A stretch of 35,430 nt of DNA from Octopus bimaculoides (lineage: Eukaryota). The notes below the pieces were generated by a model. The model made no database searches and was not told the DNA's origin. It saw only the letters and a list, made by a program, of their open reading frames with translations. A program made the translations under genes and the position numbers. The stretch spans positions 41,754,111-41,789,540 of the forward strand of contig NC_068999.1 in NCBI RefSeq assembly GCF_001194135.2, written 5' to 3'. Below are positions 22,106 to 32,214 of the stretch, piece after piece; positions within the stretch are counted from its first letter, which is position 1, and the number at the start of each line of letters is the position of its first letter.

Positions 22106-22203
22106 GTATTGGTAGTGCAAATCAGAGGTGCAATCTGTGTGGGTGTTTTTTCAAAACACTGTCTGGTTTAAAAAGCCACATCAGACGCCATGAAAGGGTG
22201 TAG
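22103..22203 (+). pseudogene. Isolated C2H2 zinc finger followed by a stop (probably the C-terminus of an RTE-type LINE ORF2)
   Basis: CNLCGCFFKTLSGLKSHIRRH at 22129-22191 fits C-x2-C-x3-F-x5-L-x2-H-x3-H. Then ERV*. Upstream is pure microsatellite. Confidence 0.55.
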
Positions 22204-22249
22204 ATGTATCAGCATTTATATATGTGTGTGTGTGTGTATAGGCAGATTT

Positions 22250-22420
22250 TCTGTGGCCAGATGACTTTCCTGTTATGATCCCTCACCTGTTTCCAAGCAA
22301 GGTAACCCCCCCCCCCCATAGCTGGGCATGTTTTCACTCAAGATTGGATGTGAAAGGCACTGATTGTATGATGGCAATGCCCATTAACAACTGTCATGTG
22401 ATGTTAAGACAAAGGGTCAC
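22250..22420 (+). repeat. Interspersed repeat family E (also at ~31430-31630 and ~34455-34515)
   Basis: Shared TGGC.(A/G)GAT..C.TTCCTGT..C.AACCCTCACCTGTTT motif at three loci. Confidence 0.45.
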
Positions 22421-22464
22421 CCCCTCCCACACACACATGCATATATACATTTTGTAATGGGATT

Positions 22465-22610
22465 CTTTCAGTTTCCATCTATCAAATCCATTCACAATAT
22501 TTTACTAGGTTCAGGTCTATTGAAGAGGCTTGCCCCATGGTGCTACACAGTGGGACTGAACCTAAAACCAAGTGGTTTGAAGTGAACTTTTTAATCACAG
22601 CTGTATGTAG
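22465..22610 (-). mobile_element. SINE family A head, diverged
   Basis: TTCTTTCAGTTTCCATCTATCAAATCCA..GTGGGACTGAACC. Confidence 0.65.
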
Positions 22611-23696
22611 CTGTGTTATAATACACACTTCAGTTTTTTTTGTTTTTTTTTTTACTTTTTATTGCTTTTAGTAATTAGACTGGGGCCATACTTGAAAATG
22701 ATACCCCAGCATGGGGTACCACCTTCAATATATAGTAGTTAATTACATGTGTACACAGTACTTGGGTACTTATATTATCACCTTCTGGAAGGGTGAAAGA
22801 TGAAGCCAACCTGAGATATGCATATATATANNNNNNNNNNNNNNNNNNNNNNNNNNNNNNNNNNNNNNNNNNNNNNNNNNNNNNNNNNNNNNNNNNNNNN
22901 NNNNNNNNNNNNNNNNNNNNNNNNNNNNNNNNNNNNNNNNNNNNNNNNNNNNNNNNNNNNNNNNNNNNNNNNNNNNNNNNNNNNNNNNNNNNNNNNNNNN
23001 NNNNNNNNNNNNNNNNNNNNNNNNNNNNNNNNNNNNNNNNNACACACACACACACACACACACACACAGAGGTAATGTATAAGTCTTATGCAACATATGA
23101 TATCTATTTTCCAAATGTTTCTTTAAAAATGCACGTGTCTATCCATAATTGGTAAATATTTTCTCCTAACACCATAAATTTCGGTCACCCTTTTTTTTTT
23201 TTATCCCTTTTTCTCTCTGTATATTATCAAATAACATAGTACTACACACACACAAACACACACCTCTGTATTTAGTTGCATGAATCACCACATGGATTTC
23301 TATATGTTCATGGTAGCAATATGATAGTTTTGTAGTTTCACATCAGTATAAACCTCTGTTTTTTTTTTTTTTTTCGGTTCATGACAATATTTTATCCTCA
23401 CTGTATATATATATCATATAACCGTAAAAAGAAATTGTCACTGGGATGCTTAGTGTCTTCTGGCTTCATATATATATATATATTTTATTTCAATCCCCCA
23501 CTCTTTTCTAAGCTCTCCCTTTATTTAAAGAAGGTAGGGTACAGAACTTGTTTTTTTTTCCCCTCCCCCCTTCTCTGGTGTTCTTGAATTACATCCACAC
23601 ACATTTCAAACATATACAAAGTACTCTTTAATACAAGTCTACAATAACACACATGCTTATGGCTTCCTTTCTACTTTGTTTTGAAAACTAACTCTT

Positions 23697-23730
<34 letters not shown>

Positions 23731-24174
23731 ATTTAGAGGAAATAATTTCTTTTGTTAAGACAAAGTTCATTCTTAATTCTTTCCGTTAATATATTTGTAG
23801 GGCTTATATTACTAATACCACCACTGGAGAAATGAAAGGCAGTCCATCCTGATGTGGATTGAATTGCCTGCTAGAACACTGAGATTACTAAGAATCTTGT
23901 TGAGATATAGGGTATTTAGTCTGTTTCACCCCTTCCTCAACCATCTCCAAATGAAAGTCTATCTTGATGGGATTTGAACATTGAAAAAATGAGGTCCTGA
24001 AACAGTCATGTCAAATATTGAAATCAACTCTTTACTCTCTTAGCCATCTCTGAAAGGGAGCTATCCTGATTAGATTTGTGTTCAGAACAATGAGGTATTG
24101 AACTTGTTAACCCTTTTGGTACCAATCTGCCTGGGACCACCAACCTGGGTTTTCATTCCTATGGTATTTTTTGA

Positions 24175-24176
<2 letters not shown>

Positions 24177-24205
<29 letters not shown>

Positions 24206-24478
24206 CTGGTCACTGCCTGGAATTGAACTCGGAATCTTGGGGTTAAGAGTGTGGGCTTACTAACCCAACAATTCTGAGTTCAGTTCCAGGTAGTGACCTG
24301 AATAATAGTAATAATAATAATAATAATGACAACAACATCGAAAAATACCTTAGGAATGAGAACCCAGGTTCGAAATTTCCCCAAGACACCTGATGAAGGC
24401 TGGAGGGTATATCAGCCGAAACTTTGTGTTAACAACAAACAAGATGAGGACAAATATCCGTCAATTGTAAATAATGTA
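24177..24478 (+). mobile_element. Composite element: inverted tRNA-like arm, tRNA-like head, (AAT)n, linker, hammerhead, tail
   Basis: Head GGTTAAGAG..GGG-CTTACTAA-CCC..GAGTTCAGTTCC (B-box-like) at 24241-24300, (AAT)n at 24301-24327, hammerhead at 24386-24430. The reverse-complement arm is at 24208-24245. Confidence 0.65.
24386..24430 (+). ncRNA. Minimal type I hammerhead motif of a second family, stem III damaged
   Basis: ACAC-CTGATGA-A-GGCTG-GAGGGTATAT-CAGCC-GAAA-CTTT-GTGT. Stem I ACAC/GTGT and stem II GGCTG/CAGCC are perfect. Stem III reads ACTT rather than a self-complementary ACGT. Confidence 0.7.
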
Positions 24479-25092
24479 AGAATATGTTGTTTATATTTCC
24501 CATGCACGCAATTATATTCTGGTGATTTATGCAACTAGATACAGAGGGATGCGGATGTTTGTTTGTGTGAGAGAGTATTGTTACATCTGAATATATACAT
24601 ATTGTTTTACTTTATTACTGGCTATTAAATCTGTTGCTAAGGGCAAGCCGACATTCAACTTGTCTTTTGTTTCTAAAACATTTTCCTGTTCATATTTCGA
24701 ACAAAAGATTCATGTGACTGAAAGCCTTGCAAAATAATAACTCTCTCAGATCATACACTCTAGTGTTTCAAAAAGAAAGCACATTGGATAATGTATTCCC
24801 GGATACACTATGAAAATAAAAGATAGGATGATCAAGGCTAGAACAGCTTTGATCATAGGGTTACTGATCAAGGTTGACTCGGCCAAGGGGTGGGGATAGG
24901 GTAGAATAAACAACATCAAATGTTAGCTAAGACTTCTTTTCTTAAATTACTGTATTTAAGGTTAACAATTCTTGAGGTTTCATATAAATCTTGAAATCTT
25001 TACTTTTCTTAAAACCATGTTTGTTTCTTTTCTTTGCCTAAGATTAGTTTCACTTGTCCTTCATTTTTTCTTTAAGTACTTTTATGGTTTCA

Positions 25093-25127
<35 letters not shown>

Positions 25128-25348
25128 TATATATTTTGAATTGGGATAAAAGCATAAAATTTATAGTTTGTCAGACTGGACTGCAGTCATTCTGTTTCTT
25201 TCTCAGTTTCTCTAACATATGACTTGTTAATACATTCAACTTTTGGTGTATGTATGTGTGTACATTTAAACAAAGTATGAGTGTGTGTGAAACAAGAAAA
25301 TAAAAAATAAAAATGCAAGCATCATAACGTGATGTTTAAATGTACATA

Positions 25349-25481
25349 GAGGCACAGGAGTGGCTGCATGGTAAGTAGGATTCAGTCCCACTGCGTGGCA
25401 CCTTGGGCAAATGCATTCTACTATAGCCTTGGGCCGACCAACACCTTGTGAGTGGATTTGGTAGAACTAAAAGAAGCCTGT

Positions 25482-25522
<41 letters not shown>

Positions 25523-25724
25523 ATGTATGTATATGTTTGTCCCCCTACCATCACTTGACAACCGATGCTGGTGTGTTTACGTCCCTGTAACTTAGCAGTT
25601 CGGCAAAAGAGACCGATAGAAAAAGTATTAGGCTTACAAAGAATAAGTCCTGGGGTCGATTTGTTCGACTAAAGACGGTGCTCCAGCATGGCCGCAATCA
25701 AATGATTGAAACAAATAAAAGGAT
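25349..25724 (+). mobile_element. SINE family A with internal deletions
   Basis: GGCACAGGAGTGGCTGCATGGTAAGTAG..TTCAGTCCCACTGCGTGGCACCTTGGGC..GATTGAAACAAATAAAAG. Confidence 0.85.
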
Positions 25725-25820
25725 ATTATATTCACCAATCCACCCTAGACCAACCATTTATAAATTTCATTTAATAGATGTGTCAGTGTATGTATGTATA
25801 AATGTGTATATTTGTATTAT

Positions 25821-25975
25821 TGGCACAGGGCCACGAATTTATTTTGTGGGCACAGGACCACAAATTTATTTTATGGGCACGGGGCCACAAATTAATTTTA
25901 TGGGCATGGGCCACAAATTTGTATTGTGGACACAGGGCCACAAATTTGTATTGTGGGCACGGGGCCACAAATTTG
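25821..25975. repeat. Minisatellite, ~6 copies of a 26-27-bp unit TGGGCACRGGGCCACAAATTTRTWTTR
   Basis: Units read directly from the sequence; no unique spacers. Confidence 0.9.
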
Positions 25976-25989
25976 AATGAGTGTATGGT

Positions 25990-26150
25990 AGAGTCAGTTG
26001 TATCAACTCCATTATTTTATTAGTATTTCATTTTATCATGGCTGAAAGTATAGAATGGCAAAATTAACCTTGACAAGATTTGAACTCAGAATGAAAGGGG
26101 CATAACTAAATACTGCAAGGTATTTTGTCTGATGTTCCAACAATACTGTC
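25990..26150 (-). mobile_element. SINE family B, diverged
   Basis: GGCAAAATTAACC..GATTTGAACTCAGAA..AAATACTGCAAGGTATTTTGTC. Confidence 0.55.
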
Positions 26151-26709
26151 AAGGACCCATTGAGTGTTAGATGTAAATTAGTTTTGTTTATTAGCAGGTA
26201 TTAGTTTTCATTCTAAGTAGCAATTCGAGACAGAAAGGAGCTGTTCAAATTAGTTGAGTGTCTAATATGATTTTAGGTGGGAAGGTTTTGCAGTTAATTT
26301 ATTCATAATTAAAACAGATGTTGACATAAAATATTTATAACTAAATATTTGCCTCTCTGTTTACATAAACCGTCATCACTTTAACTGTTTTACTGTGGAC
26401 ATATGATATGTATGGATGACACTTGGTGGGTGGAAAAATACCATCTGTTAACAGTGATAATTATGGGGGTAAATGGCAAGTTCAAATGTGAAGATTCTTG
26501 GAGTAAGATGATATGAAATTGTGAAGAATGGTAGTCTGCTGCATTCTTGACTTGTCCAACCCATACCAACATGGACAAATGGACTTTAACCCTTTCTTTA
26601 CCATATTTCTGTTGAGATGCTCTGTGTGTCTTTCAGTTAATTTTAAATATAACAAAGAATTTAGTAAAATAACTTAGTTATCATTAAATTAGTGTCATGT
26701 GTATCTTTG

Positions 26710-26885
26710 CGTTTGGGCTGTTTGTTCCACTACCACCTGACAACCAGTGTTGGTTTGTCTATATTCCCATAATATAGTGGTCTGGCAAAAGAGACCAACA
26801 GAATTAGTACCAGTATTTAAAACCCTTCAAGGTGGTACCTCAGCATGGTCACAATCTAATAACTGAAGCAGGTAAAAGATGAAAG
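26710..26885 (+). mobile_element. SINE family A, diverged 3' half
   Basis: CCTGACAACCAGTGTTGG..GGCAAAAGAGACC..CAGCATGGTCACA..AACTGAAGCAGGTAAAAGAT. Confidence 0.6.
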
Positions 26886-27403
26886 ATATTTGATTTTGCT
26901 TTTTGTCACCGAGTATGATGATGATGATGATGAAATGGACTGATGTTGATTCAACCAACTTTACACAGTATCTTACAAATCTGCGCTTTTGTATGAATGG
27001 CTGTGAGAAATCATTATTTTAATTAAGTGTAATCAAGGAAATTGCAGAGTGGTGGTGGTGGTGGTGGTGGGAGAGTACCAAATTAAAAGCCTTTTGAGAT
27101 TTAACTACATCTCTTTTACGTCATTCTTCTCAGGTTTGAGCTAACCACGCCCAGTGCAGCGCTGGGGGTAGACCCAATCATTCTACCTTACCCACTTCGT
27201 TTGTAGCTTTGTGCCTAAGTTACCAATCATTAATAATATTAATTCTCACTGAGGATAATTTAGTTTTCTTTCATCTTTTCGGTGGGAGGAATTGCAAATA
27301 AATTAATTTCTAGTCAAGTGCTGGCAGTTGATTAAATTGATTGCACCTTTCCCACAAACTTGTTGCTTTTGCTGATGTGAGAAACTGTTAATTATTTCTA
27401 CAT

Positions 27404-27714
27404 TCTGGGTTCAAATCTAAATAAGGTTAGCTTTGCCTATCATCCCTCTAGGGGTTAATAAAGTATCAGTCAAGTAAGTATTAGAGATCAGTTGTATTAA
27501 CTAATCCTCTGTCCTCAAAGTTGCTGGCCTTGTCAGTAAATTAGAAACCATTATTTTCTGTCCATCTTTGTTTCTGAGTTCAAATTCCACCAGGGTCGAC
27601 TTTATCTTTCATACTTTCCGAGTCGATAAAATTAATACCAGTTGAAGACTGGGCCAATGTAATTGAATTAACAACTCTCCCTGAGCCTCCTGGCCTTGTG
27701 CCAAAATTAGAAAC

Positions 27715-27725
<11 letters not shown>
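27404..27725 (+). mobile_element. Two tandem SINE family B copies ending in (ATT)n
   Basis: TTCTGGGTTCAAATC..GGCCTTGTC..AATTAGAAACCATT, then TTCTGAGTTCAAATTCC..GGCCTTGTGCCAAAATTAGAAACCATT(ATT)n. Confidence 0.7.
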
Positions 27726-27749
<24 letters not shown>

Positions 27750-27779
27750 GATCAGACATCCATATATCATCAGCCAGTT

Positions 27780-28000
27780 GTGGCTGATGCCAGTGCCATC
27801 TGACTGGGACCCATGCTGGTGGCATGTAAAAAAGCACTGATTGAACGTTGGGCCTCTTGGAGGCAATGACAGGTGACCAAGACCTTTGGTGATATACCGT
27901 GCTTGTGTTGACCTGTCAAGCCAAGCGAGACCATTGTCGTGGCCGATGCCGGTGTCAGGTCAATGATACTCATGCCAGCGGCATGTAAAAAAGACCCATT
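27780..28000 (+). mobile_element. Repeat family C, internal portion
   Basis: Two copies of GATGCC(A/G)GTG..GGCATGTAAAAAAG flank GACCTTTGG..TCAAGCCAAG, the reverse complement of 4445-4495. Confidence 0.6.
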
Positions 28001-28475
28001 ACACAAGTACCAGTCATGTACTGGTGTTGATGCAGTTTACTGGTCCCATCCCCAAAATTTTAGGTCTTGTACCCAAATATATAAAATTCCTGTTATTGTT
28101 ATTATTTTGCTGTACTCTGTTATCTTTGAAAAAATCGTTATTTCTTAGAAATAAAATTTTAGAAAAAACAAAAAACAAACAAAAAAGCTTAATTTTTCAT
28201 GTGCTAGCTGAAAAGAATTATAATATTTTGGGCAGGATCCTTGTTAATTTTAAAATCTTGCTTAATTAAATTTTGCTGATGCAAGCAAATGTCATTATTA
28301 GTTTCCTAATTAACTTTATTTCCTTGAAATGTTTTAGCATCGAAATAAATTCTTTTTCCTTATTATATGCTGTGAATTTGAAATTTTATTGCATACCATT
28401 ATAAACTTTTTTTTTTAATGTTATGTATTATTGATGTAACTCAATGTAAGACCTGACAATGTCGTAGACTAATTT

Positions 28476-28523
28476 CAGGTCACTGCTTGGAATCGAACTC
28501 GGAATCTTGGGGTTAGTAGCCCG
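28476..28523 (-). mobile_element. tRNA-like head fragment of the same family as 24208-24300
   Basis: CAGGTCACTGCTTGGAATCGAACTCGGAATCTTGGGGTTAGTAGCCCG; the minus strand contains the B-box GAGTTCGATTCC. Confidence 0.65.
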
Positions 28524-28624
28524 TGGTTTAAGTCTTGGTTCAAGTTAACCTTTGCACTTAGCAGTTTATCATGATCAATTTACAAAAATTTTAGATTAGG
28601 AACATTTTTTTTGCTGAACACTTC

Positions 28625-28689
28625 TGTGGGCCACAGAAAACTCTGTGACAGGCTGCATGCAGCCCGTGGCCATAAATTGCTCACCCCTA
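28625..28689 (-). mobile_element. hAT-type (Charlie-like) MITE terminus
   Basis: The minus strand reads TAGGGGTGAGCAATTTATGGCCACGGGCTGCATGCAGCC, resembling CAGGGGTGGGCAAACTACGGCCCGCGGGCC hAT ends (from recall). The other end was not found. Confidence 0.4.
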
Positions 28690-28952
28690 AGCTACATGAT
28701 TTGAAATGTCAATAATGCAGGGGTTACAACATTTTATTATGTCCTTTTTTTTCTTTTTGTTTTTCAAAATACGTTTGACTTGAGGGAATTTGGCTGTCAG
28801 GTGACTGTGGAACCTCTCTTCTTTCAAGAATGCAAAAACTTATTGCTGTAAGCAAATAATAGACTCTGCATTGTTTGATTTATTCTTGTATTACAAAAGC
28901 TGGAGAGGATTTAGTTGACTGACTGACTTTACATTGAGAGGACGTTGGTGTT

Positions 28953-28990
28953 GCCTTGGTGGAGGTTTGCGCTCTCTGAGTGCTCTTGTT
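28953..28990 (+). mobile_element. Helentron/Helitron-like non-autonomous element 3' end
   Basis: GCCTTGGTGGAGGTTTGCGCTCTCTGAGTGCTCTTGTT resembles CCTTGGCGGAGGTxTGCGCTCTxxGAGTGC ends of Helentron-associated elements (from recall). No matching 5' sub-TIR was seen. Confidence 0.4.
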
Positions 28991-30019
28991 CAAATTGTTT
29001 TTAATTAATCATCATGCATTGTCTCATAGCTTTGGGATTTCAATGATGTGATTTTTTATTTTTAGAGTGACTTAGGATAACTGGATCTGGCCAGTTCAAA
29101 CTGTACATGTTTCATGTTCAAACATGCAACGGGTACATTATTTGGGCCAAATATGGCTGGTTTAGATGGTGCAGGCTTAAGAGTATGTATCCTAGTTGAC
29201 TAATTGCCTTGGCATATCCTGTTTGTCAGGACACTTGGTGATTGGTGAAAAAAACATGTAGGATATTATGACGTATCATTATTTCCTCACCAGATTCTTT
29301 GGATAACATAAATGGGTACGAATAGTAAAAATGCAGACAACCAAACTTTTGTTTTAGTTCTTGTGCATAACACAAGAATAAGATGCCGATTAATCACTCC
29401 AAATCCTTCAGCTGGCTGTATCTATACTTGTAATCTACTCTTGTAAATCTGACCAGGGTTACATAACAACAAAAACAACAACCACCTTCTGGTCAGTGGA
29501 TGTCTTTGACGGAGTTAGTTCTGCTGCAAAATTTTGGACCCAGTTTCCAATCTTAGCATTATACAATCTTGAGTTGTGATGCTTCATATTGTTGGAATCC
29601 CTGCAAAAGGTCACAGTTGTTGCTCTTCTGTGATTACAGCCCTTCCTCCTACTACTTACTTTCCTTCTCTCATAGGCCTGCTCAAACTGGTCCTGACCAG
29701 TGCATTCAACAACACACCCTGTAACTCCACAGTTCCGATTCCTGTGCCCTACGTCTATATCATTAACATACCAAAATAGATAAGGAGTTATTGGCTGTCT
29801 TTATGTTATCCGAAGAATCTAGTGAAGAAATAGTTTCTGCTTAATTACCTAAACATGATTAAAAACAACAACAAAAAAACAAACAGTCGGTGTGAGTGGA
29901 TGAATGCTGAGATAGGAGTAAGGCAGACTTTACTCGTCAGTGAATTAACCTGAAGTTTCTTATCTTCATGTCAGTTGAGTGGGAAAGGATAATGTTGATT
30001 TGATAATTGATAAATTAAT

Positions 30020-30230
30020 ATGAATGTGGAGAATGGTGGTGGTGATGGTGAGGAAAATGGAGAAAGGATTACGATGGGTGGGTCATGGTGTTGCTAGTAG
30101 TAATGGAAGGATAATAGTAGCAATAGTGATGATGATGAGGCTGAAGATAGTTGTGATGTTGAGAATAGCAGCAGAGATTTGTGGTGGTGGTGGTGGTGGT
30201 GGTGATAATGGTAGTTGTAGCAGCAGCATC
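30020..30230. repeat. Degenerate trinucleotide low-complexity tract ((GGT)n, (GAT)n, (AGC)n)
   Basis: Read directly; includes (GGT)8 at ~30181-30204. Confidence 0.8.
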
Positions 30231-31212
30231 ATTGAACAGATTTCTGCATTTAGAAGTTACTGGTTTGGTTTTGTGAGGAGATCTAGACATGATTGAAATG
30301 ATCTGTAAAACAATTTCGTTCCTAATCACAATGATTTGTTTGGGCTGGTGTTCAACCCTGGTCTCTGTAGTTTACTGAAGAGTAGAGCCAGTCTGTGATA
30401 TGATTCATAGTAGAGAAGGAGTGGCGGAGGGGGGGGGATTGAAATTTGATTGTCCAAGAAGGACACATTTTCAGTGAGAGAAGACTAAAGACTTATGTGA
30501 ATAGGGACTTTCTTCTGAAGAGTATTATAGGATATCAAGGAGCATGTCTTTTTACTGTGTGTGTGTGTCTGTGTGTTTGACAGCTATGGCCATTGAGCAT
30601 ACTACCCTGAGTAATGTCTGGTTTTTGGCATGTGGCCAGAGTTTGGTTATCAGCACTGGTTCTCAATGTTTTGAGGCTTAAGGTAATGGAAATAAATCTG
30701 TCAGTTTTGATACACATAAACACACACACATTCATGCTTACTCTCACACACTCACACATATGACAGTTCAGGTTTCATAGTAGGTGAGGGTCTCTCCTCC
30801 ATATACATGGTTAGGATGTCAGTGTGTCTCAACTAACATTCCCTGGAGATATCTGGTGGTTATTCTTGACAGACCTGCTTATGTGAACTGGGCTGTTTAG
30901 AATTAAGTGTATTTGCCTAAATACACCACAAAATATTGACAGTAAAAAATGATCTGTGTGTGAGAGAGTGACAAAGAAGATTCACAAGCTTTTTTCGACT
31001 CTTTAGTTGGTATTTCAACAGGCTTCTAAAGTATGTCGCTCTTCTTAACATCAATCTGTGTGTAACCGGTTCAAATTGTTAGAAATTAGAAGATGGAAAC
31101 AAATACAAAAATATTTATAGCAAAAGCAAAAGTTAGAAAATAAAATGAAAAATGGTTTTTGAATTTGTTTAAAACTATTTAAAAATGATGTATTTATCAT
31201 TTTGTTTTTTAG

Positions 31213-31279
31213 TCTGTGACGAATGAAGATGTTACCCAAGAGGAACTTGGTGGTGCTAAAACTCATACAACAGTATCAG
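31213..31279 (+). CDS. PCCB: PCCB internal coding exon (SVTNEDVTQEELGGAKTHTTVS-G)
   Basis: Acceptor tttgttttttag|TCT at 31212/31213; donor TCAG|gtaagt at 31279/31280. Continues in phase 0 directly from ...DVVK and contains the conserved ELGGAxxH motif. Confidence 0.95.
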
Positions 31280-32214
31280 GTAAGTAGGTCTGTCTGTTTG
31301 TCTCATGTCTCCATGTCTGTTTATGTATTTAAGTGTATCTATTTGTTGGTTAATATGTCTCCCCCTTTCTTTTTTCCCCACTTTTGTATATCCCTCATGT
31401 TTATTTGTTTAATGTTCATTTTCTCCACGGTAGCATGGCTTAGATGGCTTTGTTATTAAGGCATTGTTTTATAGTCAGATGTCCTATGCTGTCACTAACT
31501 CTTACTTGTATTTCAAAGAAGAAATCTCTTATTTCAAACAATTTAGAAAGGTACGAAGCAGGCAGACGATGATTTGTGACAACAACACTGCTCCATAGCT
31601 TGTGACTTTTGTAAAGCAGAGAAGTAAATAAACACACACACACACACGTGCAGCAACATGTGGAAGTATGCACACATGTGTACAAACACATGTGTACAAA
31701 GCTCTGATTTTTTTAGCACTGCAAACTGAAAACTTAGATTAATTCTATAGCAAGTACCTTAGGTTACTCTTACTGGCATCACATAATGGAGAAGAGCTTC
31801 GATGCAAGAGTACTGGATTTGATTGTCTTGATTTCAGTTCTGATCTTTTGCGATTGTAGTTTCGAAATTTGCTATGTCAATTTCTGTGGAATTGACATAG
31901 CTTTTCATTCATTTATCCATGTTTGCTAAAAGTGAAGTACCTTCAATATACTGAAGTCATTTGAAAATTGGTTATGCTTCCCTTCTTACCAAAGCTATAT
32001 GTGTGTCTGCCTTATCAAATGAAATCAATTTGACCCTCAGATTCAGCTCTGAGCATCTTGCAACATGTCTCTTATGTGACTGATATTTGCATTAATGACG
32101 TTTCTTCCTGCCATATCTGCTCTCATAGACCTCCACCTGGTTTTTATCTATTTCATCAAAATATATATTGATTTCTAACATTCGTAAAAAAACCAGAAAT
32201 TTTTGAAGGGAAGG

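Noticed and set aside
19652-22115. Many 60-100-aa ORFs rich in Y/I/H/T/C/V/M
   Set aside because: These are translations of (TA)n, (CA)n and (TATG)n microsatellites.
5305-23155. Long ORFs consisting mostly of X in the ORF track
   Set aside because: They only span N-gaps; no coding evidence.
24241-24300. Possible tRNA gene (also the SINE heads at 6422, 14939, 25349 and 35136)
   Set aside because: No acceptor stem or full cloverleaf; these are tRNA-derived repeat heads.
25821-25975. Regularly spaced ~27-bp repeats resembling a CRISPR array
   Set aside because: No unique spacers, eukaryotic context and no cas genes; it is a minisatellite.
5160-27140. Recursive-splice-like AG|GT sites in the long intron (e.g. 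TTTCCAG-G-GTAAAT at ~5173, TTCTCAG|GTTTGA at 27133)
   Set aside because: Neither matches YAG|GTRAG; such sites are expected by chance in 28 kb.
27116-27229. Cluster of TTACGTCA, CCACGCCC and two CCAATCA motifs that looks like a promoter
   Set aside because: 27140-27240 aligns loosely to the tail of SINE family B (CCAG..GCxCTGGGG..TTGTGCC..ATTAATAAT), so most motifs are probably decay products.
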